NCBI GenBank assembly: GCA_051294375.1
Contig: CM119266.1
Span: 9,184,538 to 9,248,537, forward strand
Origin: Paraspadella gotoi
Lineage: Eukaryota > Animalia > Chaetognatha
DNA: 64,000 nucleotides
Direction of reading: 5' to 3'
Every line of letters begins with the position of its first letter. Positions within the stretch are counted from its first letter, which is position 1. The notes beneath the pieces are model-generated. The model did no database searches, had not been told where the DNA came from, and saw nothing but the letters and a program-made list of their open reading frames with translations. Made by a program: the position numbers and the translations under genes. Shown here in pieces: positions 51,801 through 64,000 of this stretch.

Positions 51801-54480
51801 TGTAGTTATTGAATTTTTGATTGATCTAGTGGTTAAGGATTGAATATTAGATTAGGTTAGTGGTTTAGAATGAGATTTTATGATTAGACTAGTAGCCTTA
51901 GGAAATTAAGGTGTTAGAGATAAAAGTTAATGATTTGGTAAACTTTTGGTTGGAATAAAGGTTTGGAAAAGGAAAAAAAAAGGGTTTAAAAGGGGGAATT
52001 AGGGCTTGGAATTAAAGATTACAGTTAAGGATTAGGTTTGGGTTCATGATCAGGTGAGGGATTGGTTTAAAGTTTTAAAAAGATATATATGATGTCTTTT
52101 TGATTGTTTTGTTAAGAAGGAAATAAAAAACCAACTTTCTTACAACTTTTTATGAATTCATAAACGTGGATAATTATGATGCAAACGGCAATAAAAAGCC
52201 CTAAAAAATAAAAAAAATAAAAAAACGCCATATTAGCGTATAAAGGAACTATCAATATAATCGAAATTTCTTGTCACATAGTTAACTTAATAATTAATTA
52301 CATAGGCCGCCAGAGAACTCTGCACTTATGCTTTTATCAAGAAACCAATAGCTCTGACGAATTCGTGGGATCCGCTTTGGCGTGGTCCTCGATGCTATTG
52401 TGGTCGCTCTTATTGTAGGTCGTGTTCCCAAACGACCCGGCATCTGGACGAGGAACGGAGTGAATGCGAGGGAGATGCGCCATCCAAAAACATACCCAGC
52501 TCCTGAGTCAATAGGAGTCGATGTGAAGGTACGTTATAGGGCAATTCGCGTAATAAAATAAAAAAAATGTTGAAGAACGCTCTTTTCACATTGCCCTTCG
52601 TCGCTTGTTCATATTCGTTACTCTATAGTTTATAGTTTTATATTTTTTAGGCTTTCCTCATTTTTTTGTAGATATTGCGAACCTGCCACTTGTCGTTATC
52701 GGTCCGGGCATGCCTTCCCTTTATTTTGTGTTATGTTTCTGGGGCATGTCTCCTGCTGGTATTCCTTTTCATGAAAATGAAGAATAACAACATTGAAGTT
52801 GGAAAAGATTCTGGCGTTTTTTTTTTCTATTCAACCAGAAAATACCGGTTGCCGGGAAACGCCCTCTTTCACGGTTAAGTTTATTATAGTTATGCTTTTA
52901 GATGATATTATTACTATTTTATCTGTAGATAAACATAATGGACTTCTAAAATGGACAGTATTTATTTTTATTGTAGTTACTAGTAATCATTTATTTTACT
53001 GTCAATCTTTTATTTACTGTCATCTTTCTGCTTGTAAAACACCGTTTATACTTTCTGACTCGTGATCTTGGTAATTAGACTGGTGTGGCGGTATATACAC
53101 CCGCATCACGTCCACCATCACTCAGGCAAATCCATTGGCTCAGAGGGGGACACACTCCCATCCCAGGCGTAGTGTTCCATTGCGTTGGCAAGCTAGACCG
53201 TCCTAGGTAACCGCGCCAGTGACTGGAGGCGTCCTTGAGGGTCGGAAGCCCCCAAAGCCAACAGTCAGATGCCCATCCCAATGGGGCATCACGCAACCGG
53301 CTGTTTGCCATAACGGGACTGTTGTCTCAATATGAAACGTTTTGAGGAAGGCTTATCTGCTTAATGACCGAGAGGAGAGGGTTCGCCGTGCCCTCTTACG
53401 GTGTGGATTGCTCTCTCACTTAGTATGCTCGAAATGTTATTTTGGAGATTGTTGCGCGTGCCTGTGCCTTTCCGGAATTCGAATCCGGAATTGGTTTAAA
53501 CGGCCGTTACTCTTTCTCCAATTAACAGGTGGCGCCAACGGGTATGAACCTGGGCATTGTGTTTGGAAGGCGCAGTAAATGCTCAAGGCTATCGCTAATA
53601 GTGCGCTGATGCCAGCGAACAATTTGATGTAATATAATATGAACTCAGAACAATGCTCTCACGTCCGGCAAATTCAGCGAACGGAATGTAAAGGCAAGGA
53701 GGGTCGATCCAATTTCCGAGCAGGTTTTCCCCTTTCGAGATAAATGAAGGAAAAATGTTCGCGTATTTTGAGTTTCGATTTTTTTTTCGTTTAAATTCGT
53801 CACCCCTCATTTTCGCCTGAAAGGAAAAAAAAAAATGTTTGTTATTGTTCGCATCCCGCGTTCGAGGTAGGGGCTGTGTCAGGACTTAATCTGGTAATTC
53901 CTGTTCGATTTTGTTTTCAGATTAATTCAGCCCTTTGAGATTTTCGCCGCCACCGCCTCCTCCTATGAGCTTGTCCGCTCGTTCTTGGTCGAGGGCGTCT
54001 ACACGACCCTGGTTGTTAGACTCGTAAGACGCACTTTTAGAATCGCATATTGATTCTAGATGGAATCGGACAATCGTACCTTTATGGTGAGTTCTGCGGC
54101 GAATTTACTCGAACACAACCCATCCCTTTCAAAATTGAAATTACAGAGCTTTGCTTAAAATCTACCGCTGAAAAATTCGTTGTCTTTTCAAGATCTTAGA
54201 AAATAAATCGGAAAGTAAGACCCTAACTCTTTTGACTATTTAATTTATGGTTTTGAATATTTTTTTTAATTTTACTTTACAAAGCGATTTACAAAGAGTC
54301 ATGCTTATAGGCGGGGGGAACCGAGGCAATGCCCGACAACAAACATATGGCCGAGATTCGACCGCCTTTCGTCCCCGTTGGGTCACTTGATATGACCGAC
54401 GTTTCTTTCGCTCTTTCTCTCTCTTTCTGACGTGCTTCATAAGTTGACAGTATGGTGGACTAAAATCCACCACCGTTCAT
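45863..54480. repeat. Indel-riddled second copy of ~35310-43950 (hydrolase exons, hAT, Penelope, SINE)
   Basis: Colinear with the first copy but dense with 1-3 nt indels. Starts at a gap and lacks ~41385-42215. Confidence 0.9.
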
Positions 54481-54673
54481 CAGCGGCCATTGTGCCGGAG
54501 CAGTCATTCGCCTCCAAAGGTCGGGGTTCTAGCCCATGGTCGTCTGGTGAGTTAAGAGGACGGGGCGCTTAACCCGCCTGTAACATGGTGTTACAGCCCT
54601 GATCCGAAGATCAGGGACTGCTTATATTGAACGGTTCTGTCATTAACACTTATCAATAATTACTGTCTCTTCA
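54451..54673 (+). mobile_element. Solo LTR of the TRIM family
   Basis: TATGGTGG...TGTCTCTTCA flanked by ACAG on both sides. The same LTR is split between ~43920-43952 and ~45525-45715 in the other copy. Confidence 0.85.
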
Positions 54674-57600
54674 ACAGCGTTGGACGATACTCTCACTGAA
54701 TAAACCTTTCATTATTATGTACTATTCTCACGTTTTACATTGTAATAAATGTATATTATCTTAAACTTTGTCTCTTTTCCACGTCGCCATAGTATAATAT
54801 GTTTATACTCTATTGCTTATTGACACCGTTCTTGTCCATTAGGAAAATCATTTTTTCTTTTTTTCCGTTATACGTTGAGCCTAAATTAAAAAGCTCGTTC
54901 TCATCCACACATGCACAGTTGCACACACATGCACACACACACACATATTCTTCAAACCAAACATTCTTTTCGCGCCGTCTTTCTCTGAGTCAATGCACTT
55001 CCGAGTCCTTCGCGTCACGACCCTTTTTCGTCACATTCTTTCCGTTTAGCCCTGCCACGGGGCGAAAATCCGGGGGCGAAAACGAGGCTAAGACTTGAAA
55101 TGGCGCCGTGGAGTTAAACGGGTTTTTCCCTCGTTCTCATTTTTTGCCCCCATTTTAAAGTTTCTTCAAATCGTAAAAGTAAGCATTTGATTATTTTTAT
55201 GAATACATATAAAAATATATATGAAATTTATACAACCAATATAAACATATATAAGTATATATTTATAAACGTAAATAAATTACAAATTATAACTTCAAAT
55301 GAATATACGTAGTTTTTTCAAACAGCTATCTATGAATTTAAGACGAAAGTTATATTATTACTATCTAATTAAATTATTAAATCTAAAAAGACACTTCGAC
55401 CGTAATAGATTCCAGACTACAGCTGTTCAACTTTTCGCCGGAAATTTACGTCTTCGTTGGCTGCGACTCCGGCTCGAGCGCCTGGTTTCCAGTTGGCAAG
55501 ACGCCAGCTGGAGAGCCTGGTTTCCGCTGGACGCAATGGCCGATGACGTGCTTGATTTCCAGTTCGTGTGTCGCCAGCTGGTCTGATTACCGGTTGGCGA
55601 GACGCCAGCTGGAACACCTGGTTTCAGCTTGGCAAAACCACCCCGGCGGTAGTTCGAATGCCATTTCGCCATCTTGAAAATTCGACGTTCTGCCGACATC
55701 CTGTAGTTTCACCGTCTCCCAATTCCGATCAATCTGTCGACAATTTGTGCCATTGCGCCATTCTTCCCTATTCCGCCATCTATTCCCAATTGCGCCATCT
55801 ACTTGTCAAAGCGATTGTCTTAGTCTTTAAGTCGCCCGTTTTTTTTTTTTTTTGCGGCAAATTTCCAAAGCGATCGCCGTTTATGCTCCCCTCCCCTTAT
55901 CATGCTAACGTTTTTAAACCTTACTTCTTAGCACGCACCCTGTATTTTCCTCTCCGCACTGAAACGCAAAAGATACGTAGCCGAACATTCGTTCGTAGTC
56001 ACGTGACCGGGTTTCATCTCCCAATCTTTACAAATTTATAGACAGTTTTCACGTGTTTTTTGTTTTTTGTTTTTTGTTGTTTTTTTTCTGTCGATTCGGA
56101 AATTTCCCCGTTTTTCGCGTTACACCTCACGATTTCTAACTCTCTGTCGATTTTATGCCAAATGTACCGGCATTGCCTTCTTTTTTTTTCCCCGCAACAA
56201 TCTTTTTTTCCCCCCAAGAGGTCGCTTTTCACGTTTTCTTTTATATCCAATTTCCTCCTTTAAACCTCCCTAACATTTCTCTCTCTTTTTTTTCTATCTA
56301 TTTATCTATCTATCTAGGGTGGGGAAAGGGGATTTTTAAAGGGATGAGTTAGAAAATACGGAAACCCCGGGGCGGGGAAAACCGTGAAAAGTTTCGTATA
56401 AGTTTAGAGGAACGAGAGATAGAGAGAGAGGAGAGAGAGAAGAAAGAAAGTAAGAAAGAAAGTGAAAGGATAAAGAAGAAAAGAAAGAAAGAAAAGAAGA
56501 AAGAAGAAAGAAAGAAATAAGTAATAGAAAGAAAGAAAGGAAAGAAAAGATTAAGAAAGAAAGAAAAAAAAAACAGAAAAAAGAAAGATTAGATATATAG
56601 ATAAGATNNNNNNNNNNNNNNNNNNNNNNNNNTCTCTCTCTCTCTCTCTCTCTCGTTCCTCTTAATCTTTATACGAAACTTTTCCCGTTTTCCCCCGGGG
56701 TTTCCGTTTTTCTCCTCATCCCTTTAAATCCCCTTTCCCNNNNNNNNNNNNNNNNNNNNNNNNNNNNNNNNNNNNNNNNNNNNNNNNNNNNNNNNNNNNN
56801 NNNNNNNNNNNNNNNNNNNNNNNNNNNNNNNNNNNNNNNNNNNNNNNNNNNNNNNNNNNNNNNNNNNNNNNNNNNNNNNNNNNNNNNNNNNNNNNNNNNN
56901 NNNNNNNNNNNNNNNNNNNNNNNNNNNNNNNNNNNNNNNNNNNNNNNNNNNNNNNNGGGGGGGGGGACCGGAATTCGGAACGGAGGATTTTGATCGCTGA
57001 ATGTTGACCGCGGAAGACAATGACCGTTTTGACCAGTTCAATTGATCGAATAAACAATGAGAACGAATTAAAAAAAGATAAAATTATCTATATTTGTTAA
57101 GGTATATCGAAACTCGAAAACTTTTTTTCTCCTGACAAAAGTAAAGGTATATATAGAAATTCTAGTAATGCATAACTTTCATGTTTTCTCATTACCGCAT
57201 GCGATAAACATTATAACAGTTGAAAATAGCCTACGACGTTGTGAATTAAAATACGTTAAAAATGAAATTAAAAAAAATATAAAGTCCGATAAATCTCGTA
57301 TAAAGTTTTAATGAACCTCATCGGACTAAAATTTAATTCGTAGTATTAACGGTAGAAATAATGTTAATATTCGATGTGTGGGAATAAAATCCGAAAGAAT
57401 ATTAAAAAAAATAATTAACGGACATCTAATGTAAGATAACAGAAGAAGAAGGCACGACGTTGTTGTTGTTTGTTTTTGTTAGAATTTGCTTTTGTTATTG
57501 TTTGTTTTTGTTATGTTTGTAATGGTTCATGTTTTTTATTGTAAGTTTTTGTCATTTTCTGTTTTCGTTAATTTATGTTTTCGTTGTTGTTTTTGTTATT

Positions 57601-57676
57601 AATAGTAATGGTTATATTTTGTTGTTGTTGTTGTTTTGGGTTTCACGTCGTGAAAATCTTGAACGGAATCGAGGAA

Positions 57677-57781
57677 TCACTGAAGAACGCAAGCTTTGCT
57701 TCCCTGGACATCCGCCGAGGAGAGGCCGTTGGTCAGCGATCGTGAATGGTTCTTCCTTATCATTTGATGTCCACGAATTAT
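57677..57781 (-). CDS. Candidate terminal exon ending in CaaX (IIRGHQMIRKNHSRSLTNGLSSADVQGSKACVLQ*)
   Basis: Strong polypyrimidine tract plus AAG acceptor; phase-0 frame ends CVLQ-TGA. Confidence 0.6.
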   Translation of the reverse strand: MIRGHQMIRKNHSRSLTNGLSSADVQGSKACVLQ

Positions 57782-58720
57782 CTTGAGAGAAAAAGAGAAA
57801 TTATTTGACAAACTCAAACACAGAAAGACGCGGACAGGGCAGATATTCCGCAAGTTCGACGCAGTTCACGCCGCGTAGAGTACACTCGTGCCCGACCAAA
57901 CCTGCCGTCCAGACGCCAGCGTCCCCTCGCGAGCGAAATCCAGGACTGAATAAGCAGAACGATGTTCTTTACAATGACATATCGCGGTCATATCCTCGGA
58001 AGGTATGGTCTCCGTGTTCAAAAAAAGTTATCTAAATGAGGGGTCTAGGATAGGGTTTGACGCTTTCCGTCCGAAATAGACCCGGAGAGGGAGAAGGGAA
58101 ACAACGAGTCTTAATAAGAACCAGTTTTGTTTAAACTCCTTTGGAATGCATTGGCACTCAGCACTGAATCTCAACCAATCGCTTTCGTTGTATTTGTTTA
58201 ACTCTATATCTTATAATTTATGCTTGTTGTCAAAAAACTCAAACCATTTCGAGACTGCGATACATACAAAAAAAATGAACAAATATTGACTCTTACATTT
58301 TTAAATTTTTAACTCCAGAGAACTTCGAGGAGTCAGAAAAAAAAGAGCAATTTAGAAAGAGGAGAGTGGAATGATGAGCGAGGGGAGAAGATGGAAAGAG
58401 AGAGAGAGAGAGAGAGAGAGGGGAGAGAGAGAGAGAGGAGAGAGAGAGAGGAGAACGAGGAGAGATGGAGAGAGAGAGATGAGAGAATGAACGTTGATCA
58501 TCTGATCTATATGCGNNNNNNNNNNNNNNNNNNNNNNNNNAGCCATAAAATATAAAGATATAAAGATTCACAAATACAGACGAAAGCATGGATTCAGCCC
58601 AAGCAAAAAAAAGTTACGTTCAACAAAAACTGGTCTTAGTTTCCTCCCAACTCCGTCTATTCGGACGAAACTCCCTACAAACTTTGACCCGGATGAAACC
58701 TCCGAGATATGACCCGGATG

Positions 58721-58837
58721 TCATTGTAAAGAACACGTTCTGCTTTCGCGCCGCGAGGAGGAGCTGGCGTCGACGTCGCACGTCAAGCGGTGACGTCGAC
58801 TTGCGGAATCCGCGTCTCCCGATTCAAAATGAGGATC
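58721..58837 (-). CDS. Candidate alternative terminal exon ending in CaaX (DPHFESGDADSASRRHRLTCDVDASSSSRRESRTCSLQ*)
   Basis: ttttccatcag acceptor; phase-0 frame ends CSLQ-TGA. Confidence 0.6.
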   Translation of the reverse strand, partial: DPHFESGDADSASRRHRLTCDVDASSSSRRESRTCSLQ

Positions 58838-59082
58838 CTGATGGAAAATTATAATTGATAATGGTAGAGTGATCGATGATCGATGATCAATGAACAATAA
58901 GTAATAAGTATATATATATATTTATAATAATTTTGAACAAAAAAAAGAGACGGCCAAGGCGTCCGGACCGTCTTGGACATTATTTTGATACTATTCTTTA
59001 ATTAATAAAAGGACTCATCAGCTTAGACATATTATTTTAAATATTTTAGTCATTGCCTTCGTGATTTAAGTCACCAACTGAC

Positions 59083-59113
59083 CAATCGCACTGAAGTATT
59101 TAGATAATCCTTT

Positions 59114-59144
<31 letters not shown>
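59083..59144 (-). CDS. Candidate penultimate exon fragment (...DDDDDDDDDEKDYLNTSVRL)
   Basis: Ends at a phase-0 GTCAGT donor compatible with both CaaX exons; the 5' part lies in a gap. Confidence 0.4.
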
Positions 59145-59794
59145 NNNNNNNNNNNNNNNNNNNNNNNNNNNNNNNNNNNNNNNNNNNNNNNNNNNNNNNN
59201 NNNNNNNNNNNNNNNNNNNNNNNNNNNNNNNNNNNNNNNNNNNNNNNNNNNNNNNNNNNNNNNNNNNNNNNNNNNNNNNNNNNNNNNNNNNNNNNNNNNN
59301 NNNNNNNNNNNNNNNNNNNNNNNNNNNNNNNNNNNNNNNNNNNNNNNNNNNNNNNNNNNNNNNNNNNNNNNNNNNNNNNNNNNNNNNNNNNNNNNNNNNN
59401 NNNNNNNNNNNNNNNNNNNNNNNNNNNNNNNNNNNNNNNNNNNNNNNNNNNNNNNNNNNNNNNNNNNNNNNNNNNNNNNNNNNNNNNNNNNNNNNNNNNN
59501 NNNNNNNNNNNNNNNNNNNNNNNNNNNNNNNNNNNNNNNNNNNNNNNNNNNNNNNNNNNNNNNTATAACATAACTCCTGAGACCCTTTCTGCCTTTCTGC
59601 CCACCAAAAAACCGTCATTTCCACCTATCCCTGGCCCTTACCTTTCCTAAATGACCAATTCGAAAGACGGACCAAAGTGTACTTACCCAGCGCCTTATGA
59701 AATGTGGATGCTATTTTATTCGAATACGACGAGGTTGTACAGTACAATCAAAATCAACAAATAGGTACAACTAATACAAATAAATTTTCGATTC

Positions 59795-59970
59795 ATTCAA
59801 TAAATAAACTATCTTGCACATGGCTTGGTTGAGTTGAGACCTCTTACAAAACAATAACATAGCAAGGCCGTGTGTAAAGACTCTCTCACACCCAAGTTTA
59901 GGGTGCCTGGCTTCCCTATCAACGAAGTGGTGTATCATTTCAAAGACCACTCCCTTGAGTATCAGATCGT
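59795..59970 (-). mobile_element. Probable SINE/LINE 3'-end remnant; relatives at ~9425-9530 and ~10620-10700 (and their duplicates)
   Basis: Shared aataaata..ctatcttg...ctcttacaa...gcaagg segment; AT-rich tail on the minus strand. Confidence 0.45.
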
Positions 59971-60373
59971 GTATTACATTATATTATCGTGTTATATTAT
60001 ATTATATTAGTAGATTATTATATTATATCAAATTATACTCCGCAATACAAGGAGCCTACCGTTATAAAATTGATACATCCCAGCGATATTTTGATTCATC
60101 TCCCTACCTAAAACTCACCTTCGTCCCGTTTTCGATCGTGAACCGACCTTATTTTTCCCCAACTTCACCCGCAACTAAACTCAGCACTAACCGAGCCCGG
60201 CGGAAAGGGCCGCTCACGACATAAATCTTGCCTTACTTCTCTCCTGGTTTCGACTTACCTTTCAGACTTTCCCTCCTGTTTCCGTCCCCCACCCCGCATC
60301 TTTCCTTACCTTCCCCTTCCACCCAGACCCTTACAAAAGCTGCTCCGTTCGGTAGGAGGAAGGGGGGGTGAGT

Positions 60374-60666
60374 TGTTAGCAGTTGGAGAGCCTCTGTTTA
60401 CGTCGTTAGTTTTCATATCCGCTCTTGGGCGTGGCTGCCAGCGATGTATCTCATCCCGTTACCGTTTCGCTGATGTTGTTTTCCCTTTTTTTATGTTTAT
60501 TACTTTGTATATATATAAAAAAAGGTTAGCCTCTGGGTTTTTTAGCCCGGTGGTCGCCTAGCAGTTAAGAGGGACGGGGCGCTTAACCAGCCTGATCCGA
60601 AGCTCAGGGACTGCTTATATTGAGCGGTTCTGTCACTGACACATAACAATTATTACTGTCTCTTCA
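60374..60666 (+). mobile_element. LTR variant sharing the TRIM 3' LTR half, preceded by a polypurine tract
   Basis: aggaggaaggggggg at ~60354-60368, then TGTTAG... The segment 60543-60666 matches the TRIM LTR 3' half and ends TCTTCA. Confidence 0.6.
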
Positions 60667-61740
60667 CTTTTAACATTTTTTTAGAAAACAACACGAACGT
60701 CCTCATCCCAATAATAGATACATAATATTAGATGAAAATAATGATAAAATAAAAATACAAAAAATAGATTAATAAAAAATATTAAATTTTTTTAAAAATC
60801 TAAAATAAACAAGTAATTTTACAATTTTCTTAGCAGATCATGCTTGTTCTGGGTAAGGTTAACTTTTAAAACGTATTAAAAAATGACGACGGGAGACGGA
60901 TTACGAACCGACTTTGTGCAAAATTGTAAAAAAAGGAGGAAATGATTAAGAACCACGTTTCCCGGCGCTTTAGTTTCGATTTGGGATCAACCGAGGCTCA
61001 GATGCGCAAAAATTTTTATTTTTTTATTAAATTATAAGAAACCATTGATCTACATCGTAAATTTTCCAAACGCCATTTCCCTTGATCCAAAACGACATAT
61101 CAGAAGTTAAATTTGATAAATATTAACAAAATCGTTGTCTAATTGTAGATATTTTTTTATGAAAGAAATTTTTTGAAAAAAAGGCTGCTGGAATCAGAAT
61201 TTTCGGACGTCAATATGACAAAGTCGAACCATGATATTTTTCATATTTTTATGTTTTTGAAATTATTTCAATTTTCTTTTACGGGGTGTCTAAGGAAACC
61301 TTTGAAATCTCTAGACCCGGAAACGAACGTTTGGGTCTCCCATCCTTTGAAATCGAGGGTTTTAACTTTCCATCTCTCATGAAATATTTTCCCGCGATTA
61401 TTTAGTAGCATCTTTCATTTACGAACGAGTGATTTTGTTTTTATTTTTGGTTTGTATTAAGTACAGTAAGTGTTTTTTTGTTGTTGTTGTTTTTTGAGTG
61501 ACATAACCGAATTTCCAGATGCCATCGACTGATTCCAACTTCTATTAATATGAGCACATTATTTTACAGTTAACTCCCTTTACTTTTATTCCCACAGTAC
61601 CCCTGTCCTCTCTTCCCCCAACCCAACGCAATCCAACTTGTCTTTAACGGTTTAAAAACGTCCTAACGCTCACCGGGCGTGACGGAGGCGAGTGACGCTA
61701 ATGGCGTGACGCCATGACGTCACGGACTGAAACGACTCAC

Positions 61741-61788
61741 CTCTCCGCGACTTTCTCCTTTTCTTTCGTCCTTCGCTTCGTCCTCCGT
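61741..61788 (-). CDS. Possible 48-nt exon of the CaaX-ending gene (TEDEAKDERKGESRGE)
   Basis: Pyrimidine tract plus AAG acceptor and GTGAGT donor; symmetric length. No homology support. Confidence 0.3.
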
Positions 61789-62570
61789 CTTTTAAGAGAA
61801 GAGGGCGCGACGATTGCCAATGTCCAAGACGTGTTACATCCGGGAGGCCATGATTTGAGTTCACATCCGGATGATTTACGAATCGAGAAGAAAAAAAAAG
61901 TTAACCGACGATGGGAAGGGGGAGAAAAATATTTAATTAACTAATGCGTAACTTTTTAGTTATTACGCGATTAATTACAATATTAAAACAAACAACTCAA
62001 GGTCCAGGACGGTGCTGCAATAAGGTGCTGTAATGCGGTGCAGTGCCGCTGAAGCGTCGCGACTTCAGCGGCGCCCCCTCGTTGCGTCGGCGCCGCCACC
62101 TTAGCGAGCGACGTAAACAATGATCGTCAAACAAAAACAAAAGAAGAACCAAATTGATTGGATGAGAAGGAGAGAGAAGAGAAGAAAGAGAGAGAGAGAA
62201 GGGGAAAGCAGATGAGAGAAAACAAGAGAGAGAGAAGAGAATAATTTCAGATAAGTTTATCCTCTTAGTCGGTCGTCCGCTAAAATTCAATTTAATTTTA
62301 TAATTTTAATTTTAATTGTTTTCTTCGATTATTTTTAATTGACAAAAACGTCAAAGGCATTCGGTTTTTTATTGTTCCGATTTCGTAGAACGAGGTGGTT
62401 TGGGTGGTGGTTTGGGTGGTGGTTGGTGGTGGTTGCTGCCGTTTTTGCATCAATCCGATTGAAAGTCTCATTGGAGGAGAAAAAAAATGAGGTTTCAACA
62501 GGCTGGCAAGAGTTTTTAACCCAAACTGGGAACTTGGATCTTCAACTGAGAGGAAGGGATAGGAATAATA

Positions 62571-62803
62571 GATAGAGAAAGAGAGGGATAGAAAGATATA
62601 CGGACAGACGGACAGATTAAACTCAAGATAGAGAAAGAGAGAGATAGAAAGATATACGGACAGACGGACAGATTAAACTCAAGATAGAGAAAGAGAGAGA
62701 TAGAAAGATATACGGACAGACGGACAGATTAAACTCAAGATAGAGAAAGAGAGGGATAGAAAGATATACGGACAGACGGACAGACGGACAGATTAAACTC
62801 AAG
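62571..62803. repeat. 56-bp tandem repeat, 4 copies
   Basis: actcaag recurs at 62621, 62677 and 62733, then again with an extra 8-bp unit. Confidence 0.95.
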
Positions 62804-62877
62804 ACCCTCAGTTTCGCTCTTTCGATTAGAAACGAATTTTCTCCGACAGAAAAAGAAATTCCCCCCGCATTATCCTC

Positions 62878-63345
62878 CCATGCCACACTCCCCTGCCTTT
62901 CTCCGCCTGCCTTTCTCTCATGCCACTCTCCCCTGCCTTTCTCCCCTGCCTTTCTCTCATGCCACTCTCCCCTGCCTTTCTCCCCTGCCTTTCTTCTTCA
63001 TGCCACTCTCCCCTTGCCCTTTCTCCCATCGCCTTTCTCTCATGCCACTCTTCCCCTGCCTTTCTCCCTGCCTTTCTCTCATGCACTCTCCCCTGCCTTT
63101 CTCCCCTGCCTTCTCTTCATGCCACTCTCCCCTGCTGTCTCTCCCCTGCCTTTCTCTCATGCCACTCTCCCCTGCCCTTTCTCTCCTTTCTCTCATGCAC
63201 TTCTCCATGCCTTTCCCCCTGCCTTCTCCCCTGCACTCTCCCCTTGCCTTTCTCCCCTGGCTTTCTCATTCTGCCACTCTCCCCTGCCTTTTCTCCCATG
63301 CCATTCTTACCCTACCTTTCTCCCATGCCATTCTCCCCCTGCATT
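62878..63345. repeat. Pyrimidine-rich ~41-bp minisatellite (catgccactctcccctgcctttctcccctgcctttctct)
   Basis: Degenerate tandem units; source of the repetitive ORFs on both strands. Confidence 0.9.
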
Positions 63346-64000
63346 CATTCTCTTGACTTTTCTGCTATTCAGACCACTAAGGTCCGCCCAACCCCCCCTA
63401 CCGACTCCAACTCGCCTCTGGGTTGTCCTCCGTAGGACAAAGTACGAAATCTGAGCTGCAGACCGGATTTAGCAGTCGCATTATTCATTCAGTAAACTCG
63501 TCAAAGGCAGGCGACTGTGCAGTGGGGGGGAAGCGCTTGTAGACTTCCGGCGCGCGGTCTTTTGTTTTTATTTCCTTATCTCTCCGGCCGCGCGTCTGTC
63601 GCCCAAGCCTTTGCCTCTTCTTCTTTTTTTTTTATGCGTTTTGTTTCTTTCTACGAGAGAGAGAGAGAAGAGAGAGATGAGAGAGACGAGCAGATTGAGA
63701 GACGAGAGAGGAGAGAGAGCAGAGAGAGAAAGAGAGAGAGATTAAAGTTAATTAATTTATTCACAAACTTAAAAAGCGAGGTTAAAAATAAAGTTTTATT
63801 CTCCTAAATTTTTTTACGATTTTAAAATAGCTTCTGCAAGAACTTATTTATTCGATAATTAGTTAAAATATTGTTTTTTTTTCCTTTTTAAGTTTGTAAA
63901 TAACTAACGGTTTGAATACTGCCTTTTTCATTCACCAGCTGTTTGTTCGCAGGTGCGAATGTATACAATATTTTTCTTCTTTGTAATGGAGTTGTCAAGT

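Noticed and set aside
45863-54480. Second hydrolase paralogue or pseudogene
   Set aside because: Indels are dense in exons, introns and TEs alike and insertion-biased, and the copy starts at a gap. This pattern fits an unpolished long-read gap fill rather than evolutionary decay.
56330-56739. Inverted repeat flanking a gap (also the direct repeat at 23174-23270)
   Set aside because: Short gap-adjacent restatements typical of scaffolding or gap-fill overlap.
57825-58290. ORF 57805-58035 and apparent inverted repeat of 58541-58820
   Set aside because: It is an insertion-rich reverse complement of the neighbouring sequence, consistent with a noisy fold-back read artefact.
62826-63454. Overlapping 150-170 aa ORFs
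   Set aside because: Translations of a pyrimidine-rich minisatellite.

Overview
AT-rich, microsatellite-laden draft genome sequence from an invertebrate animal, with many N gaps; most ORF-track entries are low-complexity artefacts. Three intron-containing genes lie on the minus strand. (1) The 5' part of a type I diacylglycerol kinase (DGK alpha/beta/gamma-like): first coding exon at 11.8 kb, running off the left edge. (2) An ABHD6-like alpha/beta-hydrolase: five in-phase exons at 34.3-43.3 kb with a Ser-Asp-His triad. (3) The 3' end of an unidentified gene at 57.7-61.8 kb that appears to have two alternative terminal exons, each ending in a CaaX box. Mobile DNA includes a TRIM family with highly structured, apparently TA...CA-ended LTRs whose 3' module also occurs on two unrelated upstream sequences, a hAT-type foldback element hosting a Penelope-like insertion with a hammerhead ribozyme, an RTE-X-like LINE RT fragment, a Helentron/HINE-like element and a structured tRNA-Gly-derived SINE. 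Large duplications (9.4-23.2 kb tandem; 35.3-44 kb repeated at 45.9-54.5 kb) are probably haplotype or long-read gap-fill artefacts, at least in part. Family assignments are from recalled motifs, not database searches.
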